Source: a candidate division FCPU426 bacterium (GTDB lineage Bacteria > Oederibacteriota > Muellerivitia > Muellerivitales > Muellerivitaceae). From it: a DNA stretch of 64,000 nucleotides. The position numbers were made by a program, and so were the translations under genes. Location of the stretch: contig CAVTWJ010000019.1 in assembly GCA_963738405.1 (NCBI GenBank), positions 32,001 through 96,000 of the forward strand, in the 5' to 3' direction. The number at the start of each line of letters is the position of its first letter. Position 1 is the stretch's first letter. Shown piece by piece: positions 26,335 through 36,701 of this stretch. The notes beneath the pieces are model-generated. The model worked only from the letters and a program-made list of their open reading frames with translations, did no database searches and was not told the DNA's origin.

Positions 26335-27777
26335 CTATTCAAATTCTTTCAAAATGGCCTTGGCCCTTTCTTTTTCAAGGGCCGTGGCGGTGGGGCGTTT
26401 TACAAATTCCTTCATTAACTTTTTTCCCTCTTCCGCCCGGCCGCTTTGGCTCAAGGCCAAGGAAAGGTTAAGGGTCAGGGAAAAGGTCAGGGGGGATGGT
26501 TCTTTTTGCAGCAGTTGGATCAGGGCCTCCCGGTTTCCTCTCCGGCCAAGTTCCGAACTGTAGTAAAGAAGAATTTCCTCGTTGTGGGGGGTGCGTTTAA
26601 GGGCTTCTTGCAGGGTTTCCTCAGCTTCCTTCCATTGATCTTTTTCCGCCAGGGCCTGGGCGATCACCAAAAGGGGGGCCGAAAGATTCGGATGATCCTT
26701 CGCCAACTCTTTTAGCCAATCCAATCCCTCGTCCCAGCGGTCGCTCTCGCGGAAGAAAAAAAACAATTGGCGCAAAACCTCAAGCCGTCCCGGGTCCAAT
26801 TTGACCGCGGTTTGGATCTCATCCCAAGCCAGGTCAATTTCGTCCTGGGCCAGGTAAGTCTTGAAAAGATTCAGGTGCCCCAATGCCGATTGGGGGTGCT
26901 CGTCCAAATACTCGCAAAGTGATTTTTCCGCCTCGGCGAAACGCCCAGCTTGGAGATGGACAATGCCAAGCCCAAGCCGCAGTTCGGGCGGTGGGGCGGG
27001 GCCTCGGGAGGCCTTCTCAAAACAGGTTTGCGCCAGCCCGAGCAAGGAATCGCTCAAAAGGCGCCAGCCCAGTCCCATCAACCGTCCGGAATGACTTTCT
27101 TTTTCTAAAATTTCCCCCATTTTTTTCTCATAGTCGGCCCGCTTCACGAAAAGGGCCGTTTCCTTGCCCTTGGCGTCTTCTCCTTCCAAAACAAAAAGCT
27201 CGCCCATGTTCACCAGCTGTTCCACCACGAAGTGATCCCCCGGAAGAAGTCTCAGGGCTTCCCAATAGGCCTCGGCGGCTTTTTCCTTGGCCCCCTGGGC
27301 CTGGTAGGTCCGGCCCAGATTGCTGTAGATCCATCCCGCCTCCGGGGCCATGCGAAGGGCCTGTTTATAGAAAGATTCGCTCTTTTCCAATTCACCCGTC
27401 GCGCGGAAACAAAAACCCAACTGAAAACAAGTCAGGGGGCATTCGGGGTCGATATTGAGGACTTCCACAAGCCTGGGAATGGCTTCCGCCACACGGCCCG
27501 AGGCGAAATAGGGATTCACTTCCATCAGCTTGGGCCATTTACGCGTGAAGAGTTGAAAAAGATAGGCTCCCGGAACCTTGGGCACGGCCTCCAAAAGCGC
27601 TTCCATAACCCGTGCCCCTTCGTTGAAGTCATAGCCCTTTTCTTTCGCCGTTTCTTCCTTATGAAGCCAAACGGGAACATGCTGGGGCAAGTGGTGAAAC
27701 TGGGCGAGCGCCTTGGGAAGGGTGATAAAGCTGATCTCCGGGGGCACATGCTCAAACGGCTTGGAAGACTGGGTCAC
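26335..27777 (-). CDS. Tetratricopeptide repeat protein
   Basis: Repeated TPR patterns (IYSNLGRTY..QG...A). Probable GTG start at 27777; the longer ORF overlaps the divergent gene. Confidence 0.8.
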   Translation of the reverse strand: MTQSSKPFEHVPPEISFITLPKALAQFHHLPQHVPVWLHKEETAKEKGYDFNEGARVMEALLEAVPKVPGAYLFQLFTRKWPKLMEVNPYFASGRVAEAIPRLVEVLNIDPECPLTCFQLGFCFRATGELEKSESFYKQALRMAPEAGWIYSNLGRTYQAQGAKEKAAEAYWEALRLLPGDHFVVEQLVNMGELFVLEGEDAKGKETALFVKRADYEKKMGEILEKESHSGRLMGLGWRLLSDSLLGLAQTCFEKASRGPAPPPELRLGLGIVHLQAGRFAEAEKSLCEYLDEHPQSALGHLNLFKTYLAQDEIDLAWDEIQTAVKLDPGRLEVLRQLFFFFRESDRWDEGLDWLKELAKDHPNLSAPLLVIAQALAEKDQWKEAEETLQEALKRTPHNEEILLYYSSELGRRGNREALIQLLQKEPSPLTFSLTLNLSLALSQSGRAEEGKKLMKEFVKRPTATALEKERAKAILKEFE

Positions 27778-27873
27778 GAGAGCCTCATGAAAAAATGAAA
27801 ATATTCCCCTAGGAATAAGGGGTTTTATTCTAGCATGTCCCCTCGATGGGGTTTCAATACCGGGAGGGAACGA

Positions 27874-30800
27874 ATGACAAGCGACTTTGGGAAATGTTTT
27901 CATAAATTTTGGATGATCCTCCTGCTTCTCGGTCCCGGCCTTCTCAAAGCAGATGAGGGTCTCTGGCAGGTGGATCATTTTGAAAACGGAACCCCCTCCA
28001 CCGGCACCGCCTGGTGGACCGGCTGCGACAGCAACCACCTGGGAACCACTCTCTCCCCGATCCCCTTTATTCCCGAAAAGGACGGCTCCCCCCTTTCTCC
28101 CGGCCACTGCGCCCACATCTGGGGACATTACGGAAAAAACCAGGCGCCCTGGCCCTACGCCCAGCTTTCCTTAAGCCTGGACGCTTCCAACGGCCCTTTT
28201 GCCCTGACCTCTTTTAAGGCCATCCGTTTTTACGCCAAGGGAGACGGCAAGGTTTATAAGGTCGTGATTCAAAAGTCCTCGGTAACCGATTACGGCGATT
28301 ACGAGTTTACCTTCACCGCCTCTAAGGATTGGACCCTGGTGGAGGTACCCTTAAAAAGTTTTACCCAGCCCTCCTGGGCCAAACAAGTTCCGCCTGGTTT
28401 CGCGGACGCGACGGTGCTTAAATTTTGTCCTACGGTCAACGAGGCTGATTTTGACCTTTCGGTGGATGATGTGGCTTTCGAAAAGGACCCTGCGCTTCAA
28501 ATCCAAGCCCCGCCCGCGCTGGGCTCGGGCATTACCGAACTCTCGCCCCAAGATATGGAATCTAAAAAGAATTCCTTTCACACCCTCAATCTCGCCAGCT
28601 TCAGCGACCGCAACCTGCTGGACCAGCCCCAAGGCACGGGATGGACGGGCCAGGGACAAAACAGCGTTTACGATTTGCCCTTTGGCTTGAATAGTTTCAA
28701 CGGCGTTCCCTTTGATATTGCCACCGCACCCCATAAGCAATGTCTGGTCTTGCGGGGGCAAAATAACCAGGCCTTTCCCGCCACCGCCGATATCACGGTG
28801 GGTGACAAGGCCTCGGCCCTTTATTTTCTTCAGGGAGCGGCCTGGGCCGCTCCCATCGTCGGAACCTACACGGTGATTTATAGCGACGGCACCCAGGAAG
28901 AAATTCCCCTGCGCAACAACATCGAGGTATTTGACTGGTGGACGCCCGGAACCAGCTCCGTAGCCCGTATCGGTTGGACCGGGGCCAACCCGGAGAAAGA
29001 CCCGGTGGGCCTGACGCTCTTTTGCTGGCCCAACCCGCATCCTGAAAAAATGATCGCCAAGATCACCGCGTCCACCCCGGGCGATTCGGCTTTTTTGATG
29101 CTGGCGGGCCTGACCCTGGGCAAGGAAGGCGCCTTTCTACCCAAGGTGGAACCCAAGATATACGACACGAAAGATTGGTTCGCCGCCCTTCCCATCGACG
29201 TCAAGGCCCGCAAAGGCACAGCCCTGGACATGAGCGGCCTATTAGACGCTCCCGCCGGAAAGCACGGTAAGCTGGGAACCAAGGGGGAATCTTTCGTATT
29301 CACCGATGGAACCCCCGCGCGCTTCTGGGGTATCAACCTGGTGGCATCTTGCAACTTCCCCACCCACGAGCAGGCCGATTGGCTGGCCGAGACCCTTTCC
29401 CAAATGGGCGTCAACATGACCCGGCACCATCACATGGACGCTCCCTGGGCCAGCCGCAACATCTTCGGCAACAAGGCCGATACCCTCACCCTGGACCCCG
29501 AATCATTGGACCGTTTCGACTACCTGGTAGCCCAGCTGCAGAAAAAGGGGATTTACCAATATTTCGACCTGATCGTGCACCGCAAGGCTCTGGCCGCCGA
29601 CGGGGTGAAGGACCCGGACAGTGTTCCCAACGGTTACAAGATCGAGGGAGAATTTGATCCCCAATTGATCAAGCTGGAGCAGGGTTATATCCAGCAACTC
29701 CTCACGCACAAGAATCCCTATACGGGAAAAATCTATGCCGAGGACCCTGCGGTTTGCCTGATGGAGGTGATGAACGAGGACAGTCTTTTCTACCGGGACG
29801 GCGACTCGGGCGAGTTCGGCATCCCCTCTCCCTATTATCGGCAGGAGTTCAACAATCTTTTCAACCAATGGCTCGTGGCGAATTTCAAAAACCGGAAAAC
29901 CTTGGAAAAACGCTGGACCCCCGAATCCGACGAGACGAATAAAAAAGGTTTGGCCCCCCCAGAGGATCCCAAGAAGGGCTCGGTAGCGGTTATTTCCAGC
30001 TGGCGCAATGACGACCGCAAGGCCTTCTCCCGCGCCCGTCAGAAGGACACCTTCCGTTTCTATTACGAAACCCAGCTGAAGTTTTACCAGGGCCAGAGGG
30101 ATTTCGTTAAAAGTCTTGGAGGGATGGCCTTGATCACTGGGAGTAACCATTGGACGGACCTGCCGGCCGACCTCTTCGCCAATTCCCAGATGGATTATAT
30201 CGACCGGCATAACTACTGGGCCAACCCCGACGGCGGCTGGGGCTACAACCCCTCGGTCACCTTTGACCCCCGGTCCATGCTGAAAGACTCAAAAGGAAAT
30301 CTTTTGAACTCTCTGGGCCAGAAAAGGGTCTTAGGGATGCCCTATATCGTGACCGAGTGGCAGTCGAGCGCGCCAAACGATTATCGGGAAGAGGCCGAAT
30401 TGGCCATGGCCGCCGCCTGCGACCTCCAGGGATGGAACGCCCTCCAGTTCGCCTTCAGTCATAGCGACAGCTTTGACGGGCCCTTGGATAACAACTTCAA
30501 CGTGGACAATCAGCCCGCCCAAATGGCCCTTTGGCCCGCTACGGCCCTTCTTTACTATCGGCAGGACATTAAAGAATCGGACACCGAGGCCTGGCAGCCC
30601 CTCACCGATGAGGAAGCCTTGGACCCTGAAAGCCAATATACACTTCCGCCGATTTTGTCTTGGACACGCAAGACCGGTGTCAAATTCACCGGGACAACCC
30701 ATGCCCCCGTCGACCTGGGGGCATTGATGAACGGGGTGCTTCAATCCAAGAAGGTTTCCAGCACGACCAAAGAAATCACCTACGATTACGGCCAGGGTCT

Positions 30801-31239
30801 GCTGACGCTGGATACCTCCAAGACTCAGGGATTCTCCGGCTTTACTTCGGGCGCCCCCTTGACCTTGAGCGGTATGAGCGTTGATTTAAAAAACAGCTAC
30901 GGCTTGGTTCTTGTCCAAGCCCTGGACGCCAACCCCATTCCTTATTCCAACAGGCTTTTGGTGACGGCCGTGGGCAACGCCATCAATACAGGCATGGAAA
31001 CCGTCCCAGCGGGCAACCGCCTCAAGGATCCAGGCAAGGCGCCCGTTTTAGTGGAACCCATGGTGGGATCCCTCCATATCCTCAACCTCAAAGGCGATTT
31101 ATCGAAGCTGTCGGTTTACTCCCTCAATCCATCGGGAGAAAGGGTCAAAAAGATATCTTTCGACCGGAACAATGGGGATGTTTCTTTTGAGATGAAAAGC
31201 GAATACCAGGCGTTGAACTATGAGATCGTCGTGAGGTAG
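27874..31239 (+). CDS. Secreted multidomain glycoside hydrolase (CIA30/CBM11-like module plus GH5-like clan GH-A catalytic domain)
   Basis: Signal peptide; IRFYAKGDG/WTLVEVPLKSFTQPSW module; RFWGIN, RHHH, MNED (acid/base), VTEW (nucleophile). Confidence 0.8.
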   Translation: MTSDFGKCFHKFWMILLLLGPGLLKADEGLWQVDHFENGTPSTGTAWWTGCDSNHLGTTLSPIPFIPEKDGSPLSPGHCAHIWGHYGKNQAPWPYAQLSLSLDASNGPFALTSFKAIRFYAKGDGKVYKVVIQKSSVTDYGDYEFTFTASKDWTLVEVPLKSFTQPSWAKQVPPGFADATVLKFCPTVNEADFDLSVDDVAFEKDPALQIQAPPALGSGITELSPQDMESKKNSFHTLNLASFSDRNLLDQPQGTGWTGQGQNSVYDLPFGLNSFNGVPFDIATAPHKQCLVLRGQNNQAFPATADITVGDKASALYFLQGAAWAAPIVGTYTVIYSDGTQEEIPLRNNIEVFDWWTPGTSSVARIGWTGANPEKDPVGLTLFCWPNPHPEKMIAKITASTPGDSAFLMLAGLTLGKEGAFLPKVEPKIYDTKDWFAALPIDVKARKGTALDMSGLLDAPAGKHGKLGTKGESFVFTDGTPARFWGINLVASCNFPTHEQADWLAETLSQMGVNMTRHHHMDAPWASRNIFGNKADTLTLDPESLDRFDYLVAQLQKKGIYQYFDLIVHRKALAADGVKDPDSVPNGYKIEGEFDPQLIKLEQGYIQQLLTHKNPYTGKIYAEDPAVCLMEVMNEDSLFYRDGDSGEFGIPSPYYRQEFNNLFNQWLVANFKNRKTLEKRWTPESDETNKKGLAPPEDPKKGSVAVISSWRNDDRKAFSRARQKDTFRFYYETQLKFYQGQRDFVKSLGGMALITGSNHWTDLPADLFANSQMDYIDRHNYWANPDGGWGYNPSVTFDPRSMLKDSKGNLLNSLGQKRVLGMPYIVTEWQSSAPNDYREEAELAMAAACDLQGWNALQFAFSHSDSFDGPLDNNFNVDNQPAQMALWPATALLYYRQDIKESDTEAWQPLTDEEALDPESQYTLPPILSWTRKTGVKFTGTTHAPVDLGALMNGVLQSKKVSSTTKEITYDYGQGLLTLDTSKTQGFSGFTSGAPLTLSGMSVDLKNSYGLVLVQALDANPIPYSNRLLVTAVGNAINTGMETVPAGNRLKDPGKAPVLVEPMVGSLHILNLKGDLSKLSVYSLNPSGERVKKISFDRNNGDVSFEMKSEYQALNYEIVVR

Positions 31240-31252
31240 GTCTTCTAAGCGA

Positions 31253-33385
31253 TCAAGGCACTCCCTCCGGCGGCTTGCCGGAGGTTTTTATTTCATCCAG
31301 CGCCGCCAGGCCCGCCAAGGCTGAAGTGCGCGATCCTGGGCGCTGGGCTTTCAAGTAGCAATCTCGGGCCTCCTCAAGCCTTCGGCTTCTTAAATAGAGG
31401 GCTCCTAAGTCGTTGAAAAGATGCGCCGCCGGAAATCCCCTGGCCAAGGCCCATTGAAGCGCCTCGATTTGTTTTTCCATGTTCTTATCCCGGTATTCCT
31501 GCTCGGCCACCTTCTCAAAAAAACACGCCTCCAAAAAGGAATTCTCCTGGAAATATTTTCGGTAGCGGGCGAATAAACCCTGAAGGATAGGGCCCCGGGG
31601 CTTCCAATCATGGTTGTCGAAGGTCATATCCACCAGCTGATGCGACTCCTCATCGGCCGAAATAATACGGTTTAGAATTTCCGCTTGCGGGCAAGGCAGG
31701 GGGATCAGCCCCAGCATCAGTCCCCCGTCCGGGCGGTCCACTCCGCCCGCCAAGGGGATCCATTGGACATTGGGAAACATCTTCCCCAGGAATTCCTGAT
31801 AATTCACGTTAATGAGCAGGGCCGCCCATTGGGCCCTTGCGGGAGAAAGGGAAGGGTTTTCGCAAAGGTTAAAGGGAAAGGTAAGGTCGGAAAGGCTTTG
31901 GTCGAACAGGTCCGGGACAAGCTCGGAAATCACGTAACCCGGGCCGCGGGATTCCGCCAGGGGTTCTAGGATTTGAAAGGCTCTCATGCGCTCCACCGAT
32001 TTGGAAGCGAACCAATTGTCCTTGGGATGGGTCCAAAGAGAATGGTAGTCCACGAACAATCTTTGGGTATCCCACCCCGCTGAAAAAAGGAGTACCCCCG
32101 CCAAGGCCCAAGTTTTCCAGGGGACCGGAAGATGCCTCACCCATTGGTGAAGGCCGAAAGCCGCCCCGAACAAAAGAAAGGGGCAGACGAGGGCGATTCG
32201 GTGGGCATCCGTGCCCCCCGTGATCAGCCCCGGCAAGATCAATAGCAGAAAAGCTCCCAGTCCAGCGAGAAACCTTCCCCATTGCCTCTGATATAAGGGA
32301 GCGAATGCCCCCCAGAAAAAGAAGGTCGTCAGGACCGGATTTAAAAACCCCCCGCCCCAGGGGCGGTAGGCGAAAAGATTGAGGGGCAGGCGGCTTCCCC
32401 AAAATAAAGCGAAGAGGTCGTTCAGTCCGGGCCACCCGGGACCGAAGGGATCGCAAAAAACATAAGCGTAATGCCCCATTCGTTCGGGCAAGGATTGGAA
32501 AGCCAGGAGAAGAAATAGAAAAAACTGAGGAATGAAAAATCTTATAAAAATCCCAGTGTTTTCTATTTTTTTAACGACTGTTTCCCCCAAAACCGTCAGG
32601 GTGAGAAGACAGGCCAACACAGGCCAGGCTTGAAAGGTAAAAAACCCCAGGCCCGCCGTGATCCCGAGGGCCCAAGCCTGGTAGGGTTTGAAATGACCCT
32701 CCGCTTTATGGAAGGCCGACCATCGTTCGAAGGTCAGGCATTCCCAGACCACCATGAATCCGCCTTCCACGGAGAACCGGGCCAGGTAAAGGGGCCAAAA
32801 ACTAAAGGCTCCCAAGAGGATGAACACAAGCGCGAGGGCGGGGCTGAAAAGCCTCCGGGCCCCCCGATAAAGAAAGAAGAGGCCCAGACAAGAAAAGAGG
32901 GCGGGCGGTAACCAAAGGGTGGTAAGCGAGATATGAAAGAGTCGATAGACCCCGCCCAAGATCCAGATATACAAGGGGGGCAGTCCGCTGAAATCGTAGG
33001 TCCATTGCCAGTGGCCGAATTGGGCCAGTTCCAGAGCGTAATGGCTGCTCATGGCCTCGTCCTCCAGGGGCCAAAGCGAAAGGGTGGTTAATTGAAATAC
33101 CCGGACGGCCAGCGCGCCGAGGCCTAATAGAACCCAAACCCAGGAAGGTACGGGCTCGTGAAAGTCCTTTTCAGGTTGTTCTGCTGGATGGGGTTTCGCA
33201 ACTGAAATTAGTAATAAAGGCAGGGATAAACCCAGCAGGATGAAAAAAATCTGGACACCAAGAGTTAGAGATAAAAAGGAAAGAATGCTGTTGATAACAA
33301 AAAGCCAAAGAATCGCGAGGACCGGATAGAAAGGCTTCAAGCAATGCGCCTCGTGAAAAAAGTTTAGAGTGAACGACAAATTCAT
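31253..33385 (-). CDS. GT39/ArnT-like (GT-C) membrane glycosyltransferase with C-terminal TPR
   Basis: LWPLEDEA acidic loop motif, PPLYIW, many TM helices, terminal TPR; start uncertain. Confidence 0.75.
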   Translation of the reverse strand: MNLSFTLNFFHEAHCLKPFYPVLAILWLFVINSILSFLSLTLGVQIFFILLGLSLPLLLISVAKPHPAEQPEKDFHEPVPSWVWVLLGLGALAVRVFQLTTLSLWPLEDEAMSSHYALELAQFGHWQWTYDFSGLPPLYIWILGGVYRLFHISLTTLWLPPALFSCLGLFFLYRGARRLFSPALALVFILLGAFSFWPLYLARFSVEGGFMVVWECLTFERWSAFHKAEGHFKPYQAWALGITAGLGFFTFQAWPVLACLLTLTVLGETVVKKIENTGIFIRFFIPQFFLFLLLAFQSLPERMGHYAYVFCDPFGPGWPGLNDLFALFWGSRLPLNLFAYRPWGGGFLNPVLTTFFFWGAFAPLYQRQWGRFLAGLGAFLLLILPGLITGGTDAHRIALVCPFLLFGAAFGLHQWVRHLPVPWKTWALAGVLLFSAGWDTQRLFVDYHSLWTHPKDNWFASKSVERMRAFQILEPLAESRGPGYVISELVPDLFDQSLSDLTFPFNLCENPSLSPARAQWAALLINVNYQEFLGKMFPNVQWIPLAGGVDRPDGGLMLGLIPLPCPQAEILNRIISADEESHQLVDMTFDNHDWKPRGPILQGLFARYRKYFQENSFLEACFFEKVAEQEYRDKNMEKQIEALQWALARGFPAAHLFNDLGALYLRSRRLEEARDCYLKAQRPGSRTSALAGLAALDEIKTSGKPPEGVP

Positions 33386-33457
33386 TATACGAGGCTCAAG
33401 TCCCTTGTGCCTCCTAAAGGGCAATGGCAAACTGAGCCCAGCTGAATCGGAGGAATC

Positions 33458-34396
33458 TTGGAATCGCTATTAAATGAAATCGCCATGCTGCACCCTCCCT
33501 TGGTACATTTCGCCGTGGCCTGTCCCTTTTTGGCTCTACTGGCCCTTATCGGGGAAGTCCTTTTCAAGAAACCCTGGCTGTCCCAAACCGCCGCCTTTTT
33601 ATGGGCCATGGGTTTTTTGTCCACCCTGGCCTCACTGGCGACCGGTCCCTTTCTGGCCCTTCATCTGGGTCTCATAAACACTTACACCCTTTGGCCGCCG
33701 GAGACCGCTTCCCACGGCGCCCTGCGCGACCACGCCCTTTGGGGGCTCGTCAGTGGAGCCCTTTCCCTTTTGACCCTTCCGGCCCTTTTGGCTCAAACAC
33801 GGAAAAAGCCCTGGCGTTTGAACCTGCGCCTGGCTCTGGGAACTCTCCTGGCCGCTTCTTTCCTTTTGGCGGGACATGAGGGCGGGGAAATGGTTTATGG
33901 ATCCGAAGGGCCGTCGCCCTCTTTTTCGGCCCCAGCGGTATCCGCAAATGGATTCCTAATCTCCCTCGGCGATTACCATCAAAGCCTGGTGAAAACGAAC
34001 AAGAAAGAATGGGTGAGCCGCACCCATGGAAAGCGCTGGGTGAACACCTACGTATCAAAAGAAGCGGCGTCGGCTTACCAAAAGGGAGACCCCCTGCCGG
34101 AGGGGGCGGTTGTCGTGAAGGAATCTTTTGAGAATGAGGATGGAAACCCCTCGACAATATCGGGACCCCTTTACGGAATGAAAAAGGGAAGCCTGTCCGC
34201 TTCACCCCAGACTGGCGGATGGCAATATGGCCTGATTTGGGAGAAGCCCGTTCCAGGCAATCCGGAAGGCATCTCCTTGCCGGTCACCTGGCTTCCCGGG
34301 GACGCGCACTTGAATTCTTGCGCCAGGTGTCACAGCCATTTTAAAGAAACGGATTTCATGGGGGGAATCCCCGAAGGTTTCGAAGCTAACCCCTAA
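33458..34396 (+). CDS. DUF2231 membrane domain fused to a cytochrome P460-family c-heme domain
   Basis: LHPPLVHF...H...GHEGGEMVYG; then LPEGAVVVKE, GGWQY and CARCH. Confidence 0.8.
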   Translation: MESLLNEIAMLHPPLVHFAVACPFLALLALIGEVLFKKPWLSQTAAFLWAMGFLSTLASLATGPFLALHLGLINTYTLWPPETASHGALRDHALWGLVSGALSLLTLPALLAQTRKKPWRLNLRLALGTLLAASFLLAGHEGGEMVYGSEGPSPSFSAPAVSANGFLISLGDYHQSLVKTNKKEWVSRTHGKRWVNTYVSKEAASAYQKGDPLPEGAVVVKESFENEDGNPSTISGPLYGMKKGSLSASPQTGGWQYGLIWEKPVPGNPEGISLPVTWLPGDAHLNSCARCHSHFKETDFMGGIPEGFEANP

Positions 34397-36606
34397 ATTG
34401 AGGCCAGGGGTAAAAAGAGGGTGCAGCAGGTCCCGTGCGGATTGAGGTTGCGGACCTCGATGCGTCCGCCATGGGCTTCGGCGATCTTTTGGCTGATGGG
34501 AAGCCCCAGGCCCGTGCCCTGTTTTTTGGTGGTGAAGAAAGGCTCGAAGAGCCTCGGTAAAACGGCTTCGGGAATACCTGGGCCGTCGTCCCGGATTTCC
34601 AGCTGAAGCCAGCCCGGAATCAGGTGCGACGCCAGGATAACCGTACCCTCCCCCTTGAGGGCTTGAAAGGCGTTGAGGATCAGGTTCACTAAAACCTGCT
34701 CCAACCGCAAGCCGTCCACCGCCAGAAGCGGGGTCGCGTCATTCCAATCCCAAAGGATCTGCACCCCCTCAGCTGATTTCATCTGCGAGAGGGCCATGCC
34801 GAGCGCCTGGTCCATCACGCCCCGGAGCTGGAAGTTTTCCTTCCGGATCGACATTTCCTTGGAGTAATCGAGGATATCGTCAAAAAAACGGCGGAGCCTT
34901 TGGGTTTGCTGGTAAAGGGTTTCGGTTTCCTTTTTCCATTCCCCTTTTTCCCCCGACTTTTCCCAGAGGAACTGCGCGGTAGATCCCACCACCGAGAGGG
35001 GAGTTCGTATTTCATGGGCGATGGCGGTAATGACCTGCCCCACGGCGGCCAGACGCTCATAACGCAAAAGGGTGGCTTGGTTCTTCTTTCGGTCCCGGAT
35101 GTCCCGAACCATGGTCAAGATGGCGGGGCTGCCTTGGTAGTGGAAGGGTGTTCCCTTGGTTTCCACATCCATGACCTCCCCTTCCAGGTTCACTATTTTT
35201 TGCTCCACCCATTCGTTGGGCTCTTTTTTTTCCAGGATGCGGGAAACCCGGGTGAGGGTTAGTTCCCGGTAATCGGGATGGATAAAATCAAGGATCGGGC
35301 GGCCCGCGATCTGTTCCAGGGACTTGGCCTTCAAAGCCTCCACGCAGGCGGGATTGGCGTATAAAATCCGGCCCGCGGAATGCACCAGCACCGCTTCCGG
35401 GGAAAACTCAACCAGCCGGCGGTAGCGTTCCTCGCTTTCCTTGAGGGCCTCCAGGGCCCTCCGCCTTTCATCAATGGGAATGGCCGTCATGCAGACGGAA
35501 GCCACCTTGGCCTGATCGTCCAGGACAGGGTTGTAGGTTACTTCCATCCAGACTTCCGCACCCGAAGCGGTCAGGATCGGCCTTTCCACCAGGATGGTTT
35601 CGCCCTTGAGCGCGCGGTCGAATTTCTCATCGAAATCCGCTTTCAAGTCGGCGTGGACATAGTCACGGAAAGTTTTTCCCCGTTCAAATGAAACGCCCAT
35701 CAAGATCGTTAATAATTTCTGGCCGACGCGGTTAAAGTCCCTCAACCGGCCGTCCAGGCCGATGAGCACCATGCCCTGGGAACCGCTGTTGAACACCGCC
35801 CGTAAATCGGCCTCGGAACGCAAAAGCGCCTCCTCCGCCGCTCTTCGTTCGGTGACATTTTCAATCATGGAAACCATCAGGGGCCGGTCCTTGCTGTTTC
35901 CAGCCAGCCCCGTCACAGTGGCATTGCCCCAAAGAACCCGGCCGTCTTTGTGCAGATACCTTTTGCTCATTTGGAAGCCGGAAATGGTTCCCTCGGCGAG
36001 CGCTTGGCCCTGCCGGTTGCTTTCCTCCCGGTCCTCGGGATGGACAAAATCGCCCACCTTTCGGCCTATCAATTCCTCTGGAGAATAGCCCAGCATCTCG
36101 GTGAAGGCCCGATTGACGGCCACCATTTTCCGGTGTTCGGTCATCATCATGGGAACCGGACCCTCTTGGAATATTTTTTGAAATTTTTCGCCGCTTTGGC
36201 GCAGGACATTTTCGGTTTGATGACGCAGGGTCACGTCGTGAAATAACACCAGTCCCCCTACCACTTCCCCCTCGGCCTCCCTTAAGGGGTAATAGCGGGA
36301 TTCCAGCCAATACTCCCGGCCTCTTGGGTTGAGAAAAAGCTGTTCCTTTCCGTCGCAGCTGCGTCCCTGAAGGGCCTCGTAAAAATAGCGGTCTTCCCCC
36401 CTTTCCCTTAAGGAGGGATAAAGATCAAAGGCGTTTTGCCCGAGCATCTCTTCCTTTGCATGACCCGTATACCGCTCCATGGCTTGATTCCAAAGGATAT
36501 ACCGGCATTGGGTGTCAAACGCCGCCACTCCTTCCTCATCGGAATCCATGAGGGCTCGAAAGCTTAAAGATGCGATTCGGGAAAAATCAACGAAAGGGGG
36601 CTTCAT
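34393..36606 (-). CDS. Cytoplasmic multi-PAS sensor histidine kinase
   Basis: Four PAS/PAC repeats; IAHEIRTPL, QVLVNLILNA, DDGPGI, PFFTTK, GTGLGL. Confidence 0.95.
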   Translation of the reverse strand: MKPPFVDFSRIASLSFRALMDSDEEGVAAFDTQCRYILWNQAMERYTGHAKEEMLGQNAFDLYPSLRERGEDRYFYEALQGRSCDGKEQLFLNPRGREYWLESRYYPLREAEGEVVGGLVLFHDVTLRHQTENVLRQSGEKFQKIFQEGPVPMMMTEHRKMVAVNRAFTEMLGYSPEELIGRKVGDFVHPEDREESNRQGQALAEGTISGFQMSKRYLHKDGRVLWGNATVTGLAGNSKDRPLMVSMIENVTERRAAEEALLRSEADLRAVFNSGSQGMVLIGLDGRLRDFNRVGQKLLTILMGVSFERGKTFRDYVHADLKADFDEKFDRALKGETILVERPILTASGAEVWMEVTYNPVLDDQAKVASVCMTAIPIDERRRALEALKESEERYRRLVEFSPEAVLVHSAGRILYANPACVEALKAKSLEQIAGRPILDFIHPDYRELTLTRVSRILEKKEPNEWVEQKIVNLEGEVMDVETKGTPFHYQGSPAILTMVRDIRDRKKNQATLLRYERLAAVGQVITAIAHEIRTPLSVVGSTAQFLWEKSGEKGEWKKETETLYQQTQRLRRFFDDILDYSKEMSIRKENFQLRGVMDQALGMALSQMKSAEGVQILWDWNDATPLLAVDGLRLEQVLVNLILNAFQALKGEGTVILASHLIPGWLQLEIRDDGPGIPEAVLPRLFEPFFTTKKQGTGLGLPISQKIAEAHGGRIEVRNLNPHGTCCTLFLPLASI

Positions 36607-36701
36607 GGTTTGATCCTGTGTTGGAGGGGCCCTTGAAAATGGAGGAGGCGCCGTGAGGTTATTTTAGCAAATACATTGGCTGTCGCAAAAATCTAAGGGA
36701 T

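Noticed and set aside
27778..28128. N-terminal extension of the 597-aa TPR ORF
   Set aside because: It overlaps the divergent glycoside hydrolase gene; the real start is probably GTG at 27777.
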